Shown: positions 10,063 to 19,760 of the stretch, in pieces
Numbering within the stretch: the stretch's first letter is position 1
Layout: each line of letters begins with the position of its first letter
Notes under the pieces: model-generated
Told to the model about the DNA's origin: nothing
Databases searched by the model: none
Seen by the model: the letters and a program-made list of their open reading frames with translations, nothing else
Assembly: GCA_965222115.1 (NCBI GenBank)
Contig: CBDCTJ010000007.1
Coordinates: 1,888,001-1,952,000, forward strand
Length of the DNA: 64,000 nt
DNA from: Planctomycetota bacterium
GTDB lineage: Bacteria > Planctomycetota > PLA2 > JAEUHO01
Direction: 5' to 3'
Made by a program: the position numbers and the translations under genes

Positions 10063-12645
10063 ATGATTACCAAGGCGATCAACAAAGTGTTCGGCTCCCG
10101 CAACGACCGCGTCATCAAGTCGGCGCTAACCATTATCGAGAAAGTCAATCGCCTTGAGCCCGACATGCAGGCGCTGTCGGATGCGGACTTGAAGGGCAAG
10201 ACCAAGGAGTTTCGAGATCGTCTGGAGCGCGACGAAACGCTCGATGACTTGCTACCCGAGGCGTTTGCGGCGGTGCGCGAATCGGCCAAGCGCACCCTCG
10301 GCATGCGCCACTTCGATGTGCAGATTCTTGGCGGTTGGTGTCTCCATACGGGGTCGATCGCCGAGATGGTTACGGGCGAGGGTAAGACGCTCGTGGCAAC
10401 GTTGGCCGTGTATCTAAATGCGTTGCGCGGCACGGGCGTACACCTCGTCACAGTCAATGACTATCTCGCCAAGCGCGACGCCATTGGCGTGCGACCGATT
10501 TACGAAGCGCTGGACATGACGGTGGGTTTTATTCAGGCCAACATGCATGCCCACGATCGCATTCCCGCCTACGAGTGCGACGTCACCTACGGCACCAACA
10601 GTGAGTTCGGCTTTGACTACTTGCGCGACAATATGAAGGTCGACAAGGAGCTCAAAGCACAGCGCGAACTCAAGTATGCGGTGATCGACGAGGTGGACTC
10701 GATTCTGATCGATGAGGCGCGAACGCCGCTGATCATTAGCGGTCCTGCCGAAGACGATCGCGTGGATTACCAGGAGGCCGACGAAGTTGTGCGTAAGCTC
10801 CGTCGCGACGTCGACTTCGAAGTTAACGAAAAAGATCAACGCTGCGATATCACCGAAGAAGGTGAAGACCGCGCCCAAGAGCTTGCCGGCCTCGACTTTG
10901 ATGACGCAGCCAACTCTCACTGGCGTCACTTGCTGTCGCAGGCCTTGCGGGCGCACTACATCTACAAGCTCGACAAGGATTACGTCGTCAAGGACGGCGA
11001 GATCATCATTGTCGATGAATTCACCGGTCGTTTGATGGATGGTCGGCGATGGTCGGACGGGCTTCACCAGGCCGTGGAGGCCAAGGAGCGACTCAAGCCG
11101 CGCCCCGAAAACCAAACACTCGCAACCATTACGTACCAGAACTTCTTCAAGCTCTACGACAAGCTCGCGGGTATGACGGGTACGGCGCTTACCGAAGCGG
11201 GTGAGTTTTGGCAGATCTATAAGCTCGACGTCGTGAGCATTCCCACCAATCGCCCGCTGATTCGTATTGAGGGCGACGATCAAATTTACGCGACGGAGAA
11301 GGACAAGTTTGGCGCGGTCGTGGATGAGATCGTGCGCGTCAATCACACAGGACGTCCCATCCTTGTGGGTACGACCAGTATTGAAAAGAGCGAGCGCGTT
11401 GCGGGCATGCTTGGTCGTCGCGGCGTGGATCACGTCGTCCTCAATGCAAAGCACCACGAACGTGAGGCTGCCATTGTGGCTGCCGCCGGTCAGCAGAATG
11501 CCGTGACCATAGCCACGAACATGGCGGGTCGTGGTACCGACATTGTGCTTGGGGATGGTGTGATCGATCGAGGCGGTCTGCACATCATTGGTACTGAGCG
11601 CCACGAGTCGCGACGGGTAGACAATCAGTTGCGCGGTCGTGCCGGTCGTCAGGGTGACCCGGGCTCCAGTCAGTTCTTCTTGAGTCTCGAAGACGATTTG
11701 ATGCGGATTTTCGCGCCCGATTGGGTCGCTAAGATCCTTCAACGCATGGGCCTCAAAGACGGCGAGGCCATCCAACACAAGATGGTGACCAATGCCATCA
11801 CGCGCGCACAAAAGAAAGTCGAAAACCGCAACTTTGAGATTCGCAAGAATCTTCTCGAATACGACGAAGTCATGGACATCCAGCGCAAGGAAGTCTATGG
11901 CATGCGCGACATTCTTTTGGATGAGGACTACGACGAACAGTGCGCCATTATTGAGTCGTTTATTGAGCACGTGGTCAATCAAGAGACGGAGATGGCGTTT
12001 GGCGCCAACACCGCGGCGGGCGAACGCGATCCCGAGAGTCTCGCACGCTGGTTCCGGCGTCACTTCGGGGTAAGTGTTGAGGCGTCGTCCCTTGACACCA
12101 ACGACGTGGAGGAGTCCGCAGAAACGTTGATCGAAACCGCTGTACAAGCGTGGAAGAAGCGCGAAGACGAGATGGGCGAACGCGAGATGCGCGCCCTTGA
12201 GCGCCTGCTCATGCTCGATGCCATCGATTCACGCTGGAAAGACCACCTCCATGCCATGGATAGCCTCAAGACTGGAATTGGTCTGCGCGGGTACGGTCAG
12301 GTGGATCCAAAGATCGCCTACAAGATCGAAGGACACCGCATGTTTCGTGACATGCTGCAAGGCATTCGCGAAGAGGTGACCGACAATCTGCTGAAGGTGC
12401 GCTTTAGTCAAGAGGCTGAAGAACAACTTGCCGAGCGCTGGGCCAATGCGCAGGAAAACGAAATGCCCGATGCGACGACGGGCGTGATGGGGGGGCAACA
12501 CGCCGGTCGTGACGGGGCGCCCATTGGCTCTACCCCGGACGCGGCACCAGAACCCATTCGACGCGACACGCCCAAGGTTGGGCGCAATGACCCGTGTCCG
12601 TGCGGTTCCGGCAAGAAGTACAAGAAGTGCCATGGGGCGGCCTAG
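10063..12645 (+). CDS. secA: Preprotein translocase ATPase SecA
   Basis: [66 protein letters not shown]-terminal [19 protein letters not shown]; frame is open further upstream (9928/9967). Confidence 0.97.
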   Translation: MITKAINKVFGSRNDRVIKSALTIIEKVNRLEPDMQALSDADLKGKTKEFRDRLERDETLDDLLPEAFAAVRESAKRTLGMRHFDVQILGGWCLHTGSIAEMVTGEGKTLVATLAVYLNALRGTGVHLVTVNDYLAKRDAIGVRPIYEALDMTVGFIQANMHAHDRIPAYECDVTYGTNSEFGFDYLRDNMKVDKELKAQRELKYAVIDEVDSILIDEARTPLIISGPAEDDRVDYQEADEVVRKLRRDVDFEVNEKDQRCDITEEGEDRAQELAGLDFDDAANSHWRHLLSQALRAHYIYKLDKDYVVKDGEIIIVDEFTGRLMDGRRWSDGLHQAVEAKERLKPRPENQTLATITYQNFFKLYDKLAGMTGTALTEAGEFWQIYKLDVVSIPTNRPLIRIEGDDQIYATEKDKFGAVVDEIVRVNHTGRPILVGTTSIEKSERVAGMLGRRGVDHVVLNAKHHEREAAIVAAAGQQNAVTIATNMAGRGTDIVLGDGVIDRGGLHIIGTERHESRRVDNQLRGRAGRQGDPGSSQFFLSLEDDLMRIFAPDWVAKILQRMGLKDGEAIQHKMVTNAITRAQKKVENRNFEIRKNLLEYDEVMDIQRKEVYGMRDILLDEDYDEQCAIIESFIEHVVNQETEMAFGANTAAGERDPESLARWFRRHFGVSVEASSLDTNDVEESAETLIETAVQAWKKREDEMGEREMRALERLLMLDAIDSRWKDHLHAMDSLKTGIGLRGYGQVDPKIAYKIEGHRMFRDMLQGIREEVTDNLLKVRFSQEAEEQLAERWANAQENEMPDATTGVMGGQHAGRDGAPIGSTPDAAPEPIRRDTPKVGRNDPCPCGSGKKYKKCHGAA

Positions 12646-12730
12646 TCGAAGTCGGTTGAAGACCCAATCGATGGCACCCTCGCGCCGTTTCGGTAGGTTT
12701 CGCGAACGTGACGGCGCGGTGCCGACACGC

Positions 12731-14094
12731 GTGCTGCACTGGGGCATGGACGCGGTTTACATTGGACTTGCGAGCGCACTGCCCGTCTACGCGGCCACGC
12801 GCATGGTGAGTGACGCCAAGACGCGCGCGCGGTGGGGGGCTTATGTTCGCGACATCCCTGCGCGTTTCGGTAGACGATTGCCACGTCAACGTGAGCGCCC
12901 GGGAATCTGGATCCACGGCGTATCGGTGGGGGAGGTCAAGGCGGCAGCGCGGTTGATCGAAGAAATCGAACGCCGCGTGCCGAACGTTGAGGTCGTGATT
13001 TCTGTCACCACCGACACGGGCAATCGCGTGGCGCGCAAACGTTATCCCCACCATCGGATTGAGTTTTACCCGCCCGACATCTCATGGATCGTGCGCGACA
13101 GCCTGCGCGCGCTGCGACCCGATCTCGTGATTCTTGTGGAGAGCGAGTTTTGGCCCAACTTTCTCTGTGCCGCCAACGACCAAGACATTCCGGTGGTGCT
13201 CGTCAATGGGCGCATGAGCGAACGTTCGGCGCGGCGCTTTAAGAGCCTGAGCGCGTTTTTCACGACCCATGCTCCAAAGCCTGCATCATGTGTTTGCTCA
13301 ACTTCCGGCCTACGCGGATCGCTTCGAAGCCTTGGGGGTACCCAAGTCACAAATCTCGGTTACCGGCAATATGAAGTTCGACAACATTCCCTTTGGCCAA
13401 GACGACGGTCGGCGGGCGTACTTCAATCACTTGCTGGCCATCGCCGACGGCGAGCCCACGATTGTGGCCGGGAGCACACATCCTGGTGAGGAGCGAGCGT
13501 TGGCTCGCCTTCACCGTCGTCTCAATGAAGCCGGGCATGCCCATCGAGTGATTGTGGCCCCACGTCATCCCGCGCGACGTGAGTCGGTCGAAGCCGACAT
13601 TCGGCGCGAAGGCGTTTCATCGTCGCGTCGCAGTGAAGTTGCTGAGGGACAGCAAGTATCCGGCTCGTTTGTGTTGTTGGATACGGTGGGTGAGTTGGAA
13701 CAGGTATATGGACTCGCCGATATCGTCTTCGTCGGTGGAACACTGGTGCCCCACGGTGGGCAAAATGTGATGGAGCCCGCGAGTTTGGGCAAGCCCGTCA
13801 TTGTGGGACCGCACGTTGGCAACTTCCGCGGTGAAGTCGCGATGTTGGTGCAGGCCGGGGGGTGTGCGCGTCGTGCAAAATGAAGATGCGCTTTTCACGG
13901 TGTTGTCGGAGTGGCTCGCCGATTCAACCATTCCGCGCGACATGGGTCATGCCTCGCTGCGTGCGATTTCGGATAGCAAAGGCGCCACCGATCGAAATGT
14001 GGCTGGCATTGTGCCGTTACTCGATCAGCTAGCGGCTGCCTATCGCCCCGATGCGTTGTCACCTTCGGCGGTGGACGTGCGCGTCACGAGCTGA
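12731..14094 (+). pseudogene. waaA: 3-deoxy-D-manno-octulosonic acid (Kdo) transferase split over three frames by two +1 homopolymer frameshifts (pseudogene, phase-variable gene or sequencing error)
   Basis: IWIHGVSVGEV, VESEFWPN, VNGRMS in frame 1; VTGNMKFD, AGSTHPGEE, APRHP, LLDTVGEL, GGQNVMEPA in frame 2; KGATDRNV tail in frame 3; junctions at T5 (13256-13260) and G6 (13857-13862). Confidence 0.88.
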
Positions 14095-16706
14095 ATCAAC
14101 GCGTCTGCTGTGGAGCCCTTCGTCACGTCGACCTGTGCACTTCCGCGTTTGCCACCGGGACCGCGTGCCGTGACGCGAATGCGTCCTACCGGCAGGCCCG
14201 TTCGCGTGACTTCTCCTTGTGCGTTCGTCATGTCGGGACGGCGACTGCGAACTACCGCGCCTTCGGCACGAAAGAGGCACACGGCGCCCGGCACGGGCTT
14301 ATTGGATTCGTCCACGACCCGCACGCGTGCGGCGCCCGACGGAAGCAGTGTCAACGTAAGCGGCGCCACCTCGCCTACCGTGACAAGAATGGTGGCTTGC
14401 GTGGGGGCGCCACCTCGTCCACGCACCAAAACGTCGTAGGGGCCGTCCGAGAGGTCATAGGCGAAAAACGCACCGTTGTTGTCGGTCGTGAGCTTGCGCG
14501 AACCAAGGTCCGAGCGAACCTCTACATCGGCGTCGGCCACCGACGCGCCCCCTGCATCGAGTACGCGTCCTTCGAGGGTTGCACGCTTGGTCAAGTCAAC
14601 CGTCAACGTGGCAACCTCATCGGGTGTCAGTGTGATGGACTCGCGTGCGCCTACGCCACTTGGCGTCGTCAAATCAACCAAGTAGCTCCCAGGTGGTACG
14701 TCCGAAAGCAATCCCTTTCCTGCGCGAACGACGATGCTCTGTTGGAATGCACGTTTACCGCGGTTCCTAGCAATGAGCGCTACGCGTAGTGGCCCGCGAT
14801 ACACATCGGATGCGTGTCGGATATCTAGCTCAAGCGATGCGCCCGAGGGCATGTCGAGTCGGACGTCGGTTGACAAGGTTGTGTCAACGGTTGCAGAGCG
14901 GCGACCGCCGAGATCGGCGCGTAGACGATAGTCACCGGGCGCGAGTCCCAGAATCGAGAACTCGCCATTTGCGTCGGTGATGGTGCGTCCACGTTGACGT
15001 GCGTCGCGATCTAATCCGGTAGCCGTAACGATTGCGCCAACTGCCGGCGAACCATTGCTTTGAAGCACACGTCCCGCCATTGGCGAACCTGTATCCACCG
15101 TGACGGTGCCCATGTTGAGTCCGTCGGTCGGAATTGTGATGGGCTCCGGCGACCAGAATGTTCCACCGGGCCAACGCGCGCTCACACGATAGGAACTGGC
15201 CGGAACTTGTTCGAGGCGCCACCAGCCCGCGTTGTCGGTCGCGGTACTCAGTGTTTGTAGTCCTTCTTCGTTCGCGAGCCGCAGTCGATCCGTTGCTGGT
15301 GTGCTGGGCGCACGTAGGAGGTCGCGCCAATTGGGTACAAGTCGAATCTGCGCACCCTGCAGCGGCTTGCCATCGGAGCCCACAAAGCGACCCGCAACGA
15401 CACCGCCTGAACGCAACGTGAGCGCGAGTGGATCTGGCGGGTTCGCATTCGGACGTAGCGCCAGCACGGCCATTGCACCCGTGGTTGGATCCTCCGCGGC
15501 GAGACACACACGGTGTCCAGGTAGGGGGTCGGGTGGGGGCGGCAGCACAAATTGCCCCTGCGCGTCGGTTACGGTCTCAATGTCTGGCGCGTTGGCAAGG
15601 CCCGGATTGCTGTAGCGAACAGGTATGCCAACCGCGGCATCGCCATTCATGCGATGCACGGAGCCCTTCCAGTCCTGTCCCGCTTCCAGAAAGATCGTTA
15701 CGTCTTTGGCTCCTGCGCCGCGGGTGCGTTTGGCATCGAGGGAAATCGCTTGAAGGCGCGGGCGAAAGCCGTTCGCGATGACATAGGCGAACACGCGATC
15801 TCGTTCGCTCCCAAGCGCGGGAGCGGAAAACCGTCCATGGGCATCGGTCGTGCCGGCCTCCACGCTGCGACCGTCTTTGGCGATCCATACACGTGCGTCG
15901 GCAATGGGCCGATCGTTTGTAGTGTCAACGACGAAGCCACTGATGGCCACGGCTCGATCCAGCACCATGGTGATGCGCGTTTCGCGGTCCGGATGTAGCG
16001 CGTTGATGCGTGCATTGGCGCGACCGACGTTTCGGAGTTCAGCATCGATTTGACAGGCACCGGGTGGTAGGTCTGCCCGCGATACGACGCCGTTCGCATC
16101 TGTAGCTGCTACAGCAACCAACTCGCCGCTTCGAATCGTTACACCCGCACCCGCGGCCGGCGCACCGTCAGGCAACACTACATCAATCGTCAAGTCACAT
16201 GCGCGCGCCATACGGATGGTTAGAAACGCGCCGCGTGACGCCGTACGTACGGCGGTGCGCGCAAACCCGCGATGGCTGGCCGTGACCCGCAACCACGTTT
16301 CACCGGGCACATCCACCTCGAAGCGACCGTCAACATCACACGACGCGTTGCCGACATCGGGCCCGTCGGGAAATTCGAATCCACGCACGCTTCGCGGGTC
16401 CATCGTGGCGACCACAACCTCTGCCGCGATGGGCGCTCCTGCCTCATCCGTCACTACGCCCCGCAACGTTTTCGCAAGCTGTACCTTCACTGTTCGCGCG
16501 TCTACATCGTCGGCATCGGTTCCGCCCCGCGTGTCCACATCCCCTTGCAGCGCCTCATTCGTCTCGTCTGTTTCCCCGCCACCATCGCCCTCGACGACCG
16601 TCTCCCCTTCACCGCCCCCCTCCGGCTCGCGCACCAACAACCAAATCACCCCAGCCGCCACCGCAGCCAACAGTCCCATCCAAATCCATCGCCGCCAATC
16701 ACTCAT
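14040..16706 (-). CDS. Membrane-anchored protein with tandem carboxypeptidase-regulatory-like (prealbumin-like beta-sandwich) repeats
   Basis: N-terminal TM helix; about seven repeats of G.V.D..G.P...A.V ... TD..G.F....L.PG.Y; 3' end overlaps the last waaA frame convergently. Confidence 0.85.
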   Translation of the reverse strand: MSDWRRWIWMGLLAAVAAGVIWLLVREPEGGGEGETVVEGDGGGETDETNEALQGDVDTRGGTDADDVDARTVKVQLAKTLRGVVTDEAGAPIAAEVVVATMDPRSVRGFEFPDGPDVGNASCDVDGRFEVDVPGETWLRVTASHRGFARTAVRTASRGAFLTIRMARACDLTIDVVLPDGAPAAGAGVTIRSGELVAVAATDANGVVSRADLPPGACQIDAELRNVGRANARINALHPDRETRITMVLDRAVAISGFVVDTTNDRPIADARVWIAKDGRSVEAGTTDAHGRFSAPALGSERDRVFAYVIANGFRPRLQAISLDAKRTRGAGAKDVTIFLEAGQDWKGSVHRMNGDAAVGIPVRYSNPGLANAPDIETVTDAQGQFVLPPPPDPLPGHRVCLAAEDPTTGAMAVLALRPNANPPDPLALTLRSGGVVAGRFVGSDGKPLQGAQIRLVPNWRDLLRAPSTPATDRLRLANEEGLQTLSTATDNAGWWRLEQVPASSYRVSARWPGGTFWSPEPITIPTDGLNMGTVTVDTGSPMAGRVLQSNGSPAVGAIVTATGLDRDARQRGRTITDANGEFSILGLAPGDYRLRADLGGRRSATVDTTLSTDVRLDMPSGASLELDIRHASDVYRGPLRVALIARNRGKRAFQQSIVVRAGKGLLSDVPPGSYLVDLTTPSGVGARESITLTPDEVATLTVDLTKRATLEGRVLDAGGASVADADVEVRSDLGSRKLTTDNNGAFFAYDLSDGPYDVLVRGRGGAPTQATILVTVGEVAPLTLTLLPSGAARVRVVDESNKPVPGAVCLFRAEGAVVRSRRPDMTNAQGEVTRTGLPVGRIRVTARGPGGKRGSAQVDVTKGSTADALIQLVTRTSTAEGDNASGR

Positions 16707-16780
16707 ACGCGCCGAACAACCTCCAATGACTTGCCAAAACGAACTTCCATCCTACTCACCCTTCCCAGCGATCACACGTC

Positions 16781-16872
16781 GAACGTTCCACCACCAACCC
16801 GCACCAATTCCAAGCCGACATACCTTGAACGTCCCATCACCAACTCGCTCCCATTCCAATCCGACACGCCTT
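16781..16872. repeat. Two diverged 46-bp tandem repeat units, with degenerate flanking units, upstream of the 888-aa gene
   Basis: gaacgttccaccaccaacccgcaccaattccaagccgacatacctt vs gaacgtcccatcaccaactcgctcccattccaatccgacacgcctt (8 mismatches); a third unit starts gaacgcccc at 16873. Confidence 0.8.
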
Positions 16873-16933
16873 GAACGCCCCGACTCCAAGAGGTACTCCT
16901 ACCCGAGTTCTTAAGATCGTCCGCTCGCAACCG

Positions 16934-17030
16934 GATCGTTGGGGCGAAGGGATTGTGCGCATGAGGAGGACGCCGCGTAGTCTTCTACGCAAGGACGACG
17001 AATGCGTGCAGGACCGAGCATCCAACGATC
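16934..17030. repeat. REP-like interrupted palindrome
   Basis: GATCGTTGG/CCAACGATC outer arms, TGCGCAT/ATGCGTGCA middle arms, GCGTAG-tctt-CTACGC apical hairpin, purine-rich internal loops. Confidence 0.6.
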
Positions 17031-17061
17031 AGCACCCCCGCCCGAAACAGTAACCCACAAA

Positions 17062-17155
17062 ACGTAAAAAGTCCCCGCGGAGTGGGCTCCTATGTCACCG
17101 TGTCACGCGACACGGTGTCCGGCACATAGGAGAACTTCCCATCATCCGCGGGGAC
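17062..17155 (-). terminator. Long multi-helix hairpin with U-tract (terminator or structured RNA) downstream of the lipoprotein gene
   Basis: GTCCCCGCGGA/TCCGCGGGGAC, TGGG/CCCA, CTCCTATGT/ACATAGGAG, CACCGTGTC-acgc-GACACGGTG; the plus-strand A-run gives a U-tract on the minus strand. Confidence 0.6.
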
Positions 17156-17208
17156 AAAGTTGTTCTTCTCGGTTGACTGTTGATCCGACCGAGTATTTTC
17201 GTGTCGGT

Positions 17209-17622
17209 CTAGACGATGTATCCGTCGTCGATGTCGGCGGCGAACTCGTTGTCAACGAACGCCTCGACAAAGGCGTCGAAGAACGGCACGATGTAGTCAA
17301 AGTCAACGTCATAGCCGTAGGCTTCGGCGTCGTAAAAGTCCTCGTAGTAATCACCGAAGAACTTGACCTCGTCAAACGCCAAGGCGGGGACGAAGATGTC
17401 GCTATCCCAATCGTCGTAACCTGCAGGTGTAATCGCAAATTCGTCAATCAGGCCGGCGCCCACATTCGAGACATCAACGCCGCCAACGAGGTCGTCTTCG
17501 TAGTAGCCACCGCCACCGGCACCACAACCGGCGGTGAAAAGTAGCGTTGCGGCGAGCAAGGCGCTCGCGCCCAGCGAATAGAGGCGGTTTGTGCGGTTGG
17601 TTGAGAACGCGGAATACGTCAT
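17209..17622 (-). CDS. Small acidic lipoprotein, hypothetical
   Basis: Signal peptide with FTAG-C lipobox then GAGGGG; Asp/Tyr/Phe-rich mature part; AGGAG RBS; paralog at 21268. Confidence 0.8.
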   Translation of the reverse strand: MTYSAFSTNRTNRLYSLGASALLAATLLFTAGCGAGGGGYYEDDLVGGVDVSNVGAGLIDEFAITPAGYDDWDSDIFVPALAFDEVKFFGDYYEDFYDAEAYGYDVDFDYIVPFFDAFVEAFVDNEFAADIDDGYIV

Positions 17623-17669
17623 GTCAACTCCTGAGGGTCTTCCAAGCCCTTGCGGGCCGACTCTCAGAT

Positions 17670-17686
17670 GGCAACCGGAGTGCCAA
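17670..17686 (-). promoter_or_regulatory. Sigma-54 (-24/-12) promoter of the lipoprotein gene
   Basis: Minus strand TTGGCACTCCGGTTGCC matches TGGCAC-N5-TTGC, about 50 bp upstream of ATG 17622. Confidence 0.7.
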
Positions 17687-17702
17687 ACGCATCTAAAAAT
17701 CT

Positions 17703-17727
17703 TAAGTCATTTGTTTTCAGCGACTTA
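17703..17727. promoter_or_regulatory. AT-rich inverted repeat (IHF- or activator-like site) just upstream of the sigma-54 promoter
   Basis: TAAGTC-atttgttttcagc-GACTTA. Confidence 0.45.
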
Positions 17728-17811
17728 CATCGTTTCCTGTGCTGGCTGGCAATCTCGTGTGTCCCCTGCTGGACGCGCCAAGTGGCGCCCCGAGAGACAC
17801 CGCACCGCGAA

Positions 17812-18663
17812 CTACTTGCTGGGTGTAGTCGCGCCCATGAACTCGCCAAAGAAGCGCTCCGTTGCCTTCCAAGCTCTATCGGCAGCGGTTTTCGAGTAGG
17901 CCGCGCCCCTCGAGGGGTCGTCTCCTGCCGACCGGTCTGTAAAGGAGTGCACCGCGTCGCTGAGAATGAGAATCTGGTGGTCGGCCTTTGCCGCGCGCAT
18001 TTCCTTCCAGAAAGCGGTTAGCTCTTCCACTGGAACGAAGGGATCGTCTCCGCCATGGGCGACCAGGATGCGCGCCTTGACCGCATTGGCGGTGGCGGCT
18101 TTCCCTGTCTTGAGGCCTCCGTGAAAGCTCACCACGCCACCGATGTCGGCACCCGAGCGGGCGAGCTCGAGGACGGCAGTTCCGCCAAAGCAAAAGCCTA
18201 CCGCTGCGACGCGCTTGGGATCGACCCCCTTTTGCTTGAGCATTGTCTCTAGGCCCGCACCCACGCGACCTCGCATGAGTGGAGTGTCACTCTTGAATCT
18301 TCCAGCGAGCGCGGCGGCCTCTTTGTTGTTGGCGGCGTATACGCCCTTGCCGTACATGTCGGCCGCGAAGGCGATATATCCCTTCTTCGCCAGCATGGTC
18401 GCGTGATCTCGAACACCTTCTCCCTGTCCGCGCCACGCATGCACGAGCATGACCGCGCCACGTATGTGGTGGCCCTTCGCGGGTTGCGCCAAGAATCCCT
18501 GAAGTTTCGCGCCATCGTGTTCATAGGGAATGAACGTGGTGGTAATCGCAGTCTCGTTAGATGTGCCTTCTGCCGTCGCCGACCTGGCGGAAAGCCAGCC
18601 GAAAGCAAGGCCCACGGCGGTTAGCCCTAGTACGAGTGAGCTGATGAGGCGTTGATGTGTCAT
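17812..18663 (-). CDS. Dienelactone hydrolase family protein, secreted
   Basis: Signal peptide; GFCFGG nucleophile motif, VVSFHG, HGGDDPFVP, AVHSFT. Confidence 0.93.
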   Translation of the reverse strand: MTHQRLISSLVLGLTAVGLAFGWLSARSATAEGTSNETAITTTFIPYEHDGAKLQGFLAQPAKGHHIRGAVMLVHAWRGQGEGVRDHATMLAKKGYIAFAADMYGKGVYAANNKEAAALAGRFKSDTPLMRGRVGAGLETMLKQKGVDPKRVAAVGFCFGGTAVLELARSGADIGGVVSFHGGLKTGKAATANAVKARILVAHGGDDPFVPVEELTAFWKEMRAAKADHQILILSDAVHSFTDRSAGDDPSRGAAYSKTAADRAWKATERFFGEFMGATTPSK

Positions 18664-18691
18664 GTGTGCTCCGTCACTGGCCCAAAATCGA

Positions 18692-18721
18692 CAAGAGCCT
18701 CCGATATCTCGGAGGCTCTTG
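18692..18721 (-). terminator. Perfect 13-bp stem hairpin downstream of the pilin gene
   Basis: CAAGAGCCTCCGA-tatc-TCGGAGGCTCTTG, followed on the minus strand by tcgatttt. Confidence 0.6.
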
Positions 18722-18744
18722 ATCTTCGTGCAGCGGAATGCTGC

Positions 18745-19443
18745 TTATTGGCTGGAGATCTTCCGTAGCAAGTCATTGTCGGAGTCATCGCCGAGGAAGG
18801 GCTCTGGATTATCCGGGTCTTCCGGTACGGGCAACTCAAGTTCGTGCCAGGGCTTGAATGAGGCCGAACCATTGAGCGTTCCAACGATGATGCCATCGGG
18901 ATGATGGAGGGGGCCCTGGTCATCGTCCGTAATAACGTATTCCCCCTTTTGTAGTGCAGCGGGTGTTACACGCATGTCTGACTTTTCGCCGCGGCCATTT
19001 CGACGACCGGCGTAGCTTGTGTATTGCGAGTTGTCCTGATTCTGCTTAAGCGTGGCCAAAGTGATTCCCTTGTAGTACTCGGGGTCAATACGCTCAAATC
19101 CAAATTCCGTGTCACCGGGGCTGAACAACATTTGAAGCTGTTCTATGTTGTGAGGGTTGATCTTGTTCGTGGCCACCAGCGACATGATGAAGTTCTTGCC
19201 AGAGAATGGAGGCCACTTATTCGCGCGACCCGCGGAGTCGGCCATATAAAACGTGAGCATCGACTTGACGTTGTCGGACGACTTGGTCTGCGCCGCCTTT
19301 TCATTGATGGTGGGAATCACGACCACCACCATGCTCACGAGTACCGAGATGATGCCCATGACCACCAGGATCTCAATGAAGGAGAACCCTCGCTGAACGC
19401 GGGTTGCGGCATGGTTTGCGGATACGCCATTGAGCGTGTTCAT
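18745..19443 (-). CDS. Type IV pilin / pseudopilin-like protein with prepilin cleavage-methylation motif
   Basis: QRG|FSFIEILVVMGIISVLVSMVVVVI class III signal with Glu+5; GAGGAG RBS. Confidence 0.88.
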   Translation of the reverse strand: MNTLNGVSANHAATRVQRGFSFIEILVVMGIISVLVSMVVVVIPTINEKAAQTKSSDNVKSMLTFYMADSAGRANKWPPFSGKNFIMSLVATNKINPHNIEQLQMLFSPGDTEFGFERIDPEYYKGITLATLKQNQDNSQYTSYAGRRNGRGEKSDMRVTPAALQKGEYVITDDDQGPLHHPDGIIVGTLNGSASFKPWHELELPVPEDPDNPEPFLGDDSDNDLLRKISSQ

Positions 19444-19760
19444 TTGTTCTCCTCAATAGAGAGATGGGCGTGGGGGGCTTGAGGCGTTTGCGCACGGCAA
19501 ACGGCTGGATAGGGTCCCATTGCGCTTGACTCCATCTTGCGCTGGGAATGAGCATCTATCAATCCCCGTGCCGACCATAGGCGGCGAGCATCCGAGAGAC
19601 AGCCCGAAGCAATGGGGCTCGAAGCCCCAGGCGTGCTGAAAATCCCGCGGATAATCCTGCTCCTGGTGGTTTCCCGATAACCAGTTTGTCGTGCTGATCA
19701 TGAGAACCGCAGCTGGCTCCGAAGGGCGACTTCCCGAAGGGCAACCATGCGAGTCGTTGG

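Noticed and set aside
10414-12147. 577-aa antisense ORF over secA, and many similar shadow ORFs in the track
   Set aside because: Mirror-frame artefacts of high-GC codon bias opposite well-supported genes
16741-16885. CRISPR array
   Set aside because: Units are contiguous diverged tandem repeats without unique spacers; no cas genes
19444-19760. c-di-GMP riboswitch upstream of the pilin gene
   Set aside because: Small hairpins exist but the GGCAAAC...GACGCAAAG two-stem consensus is not present on the coding strand
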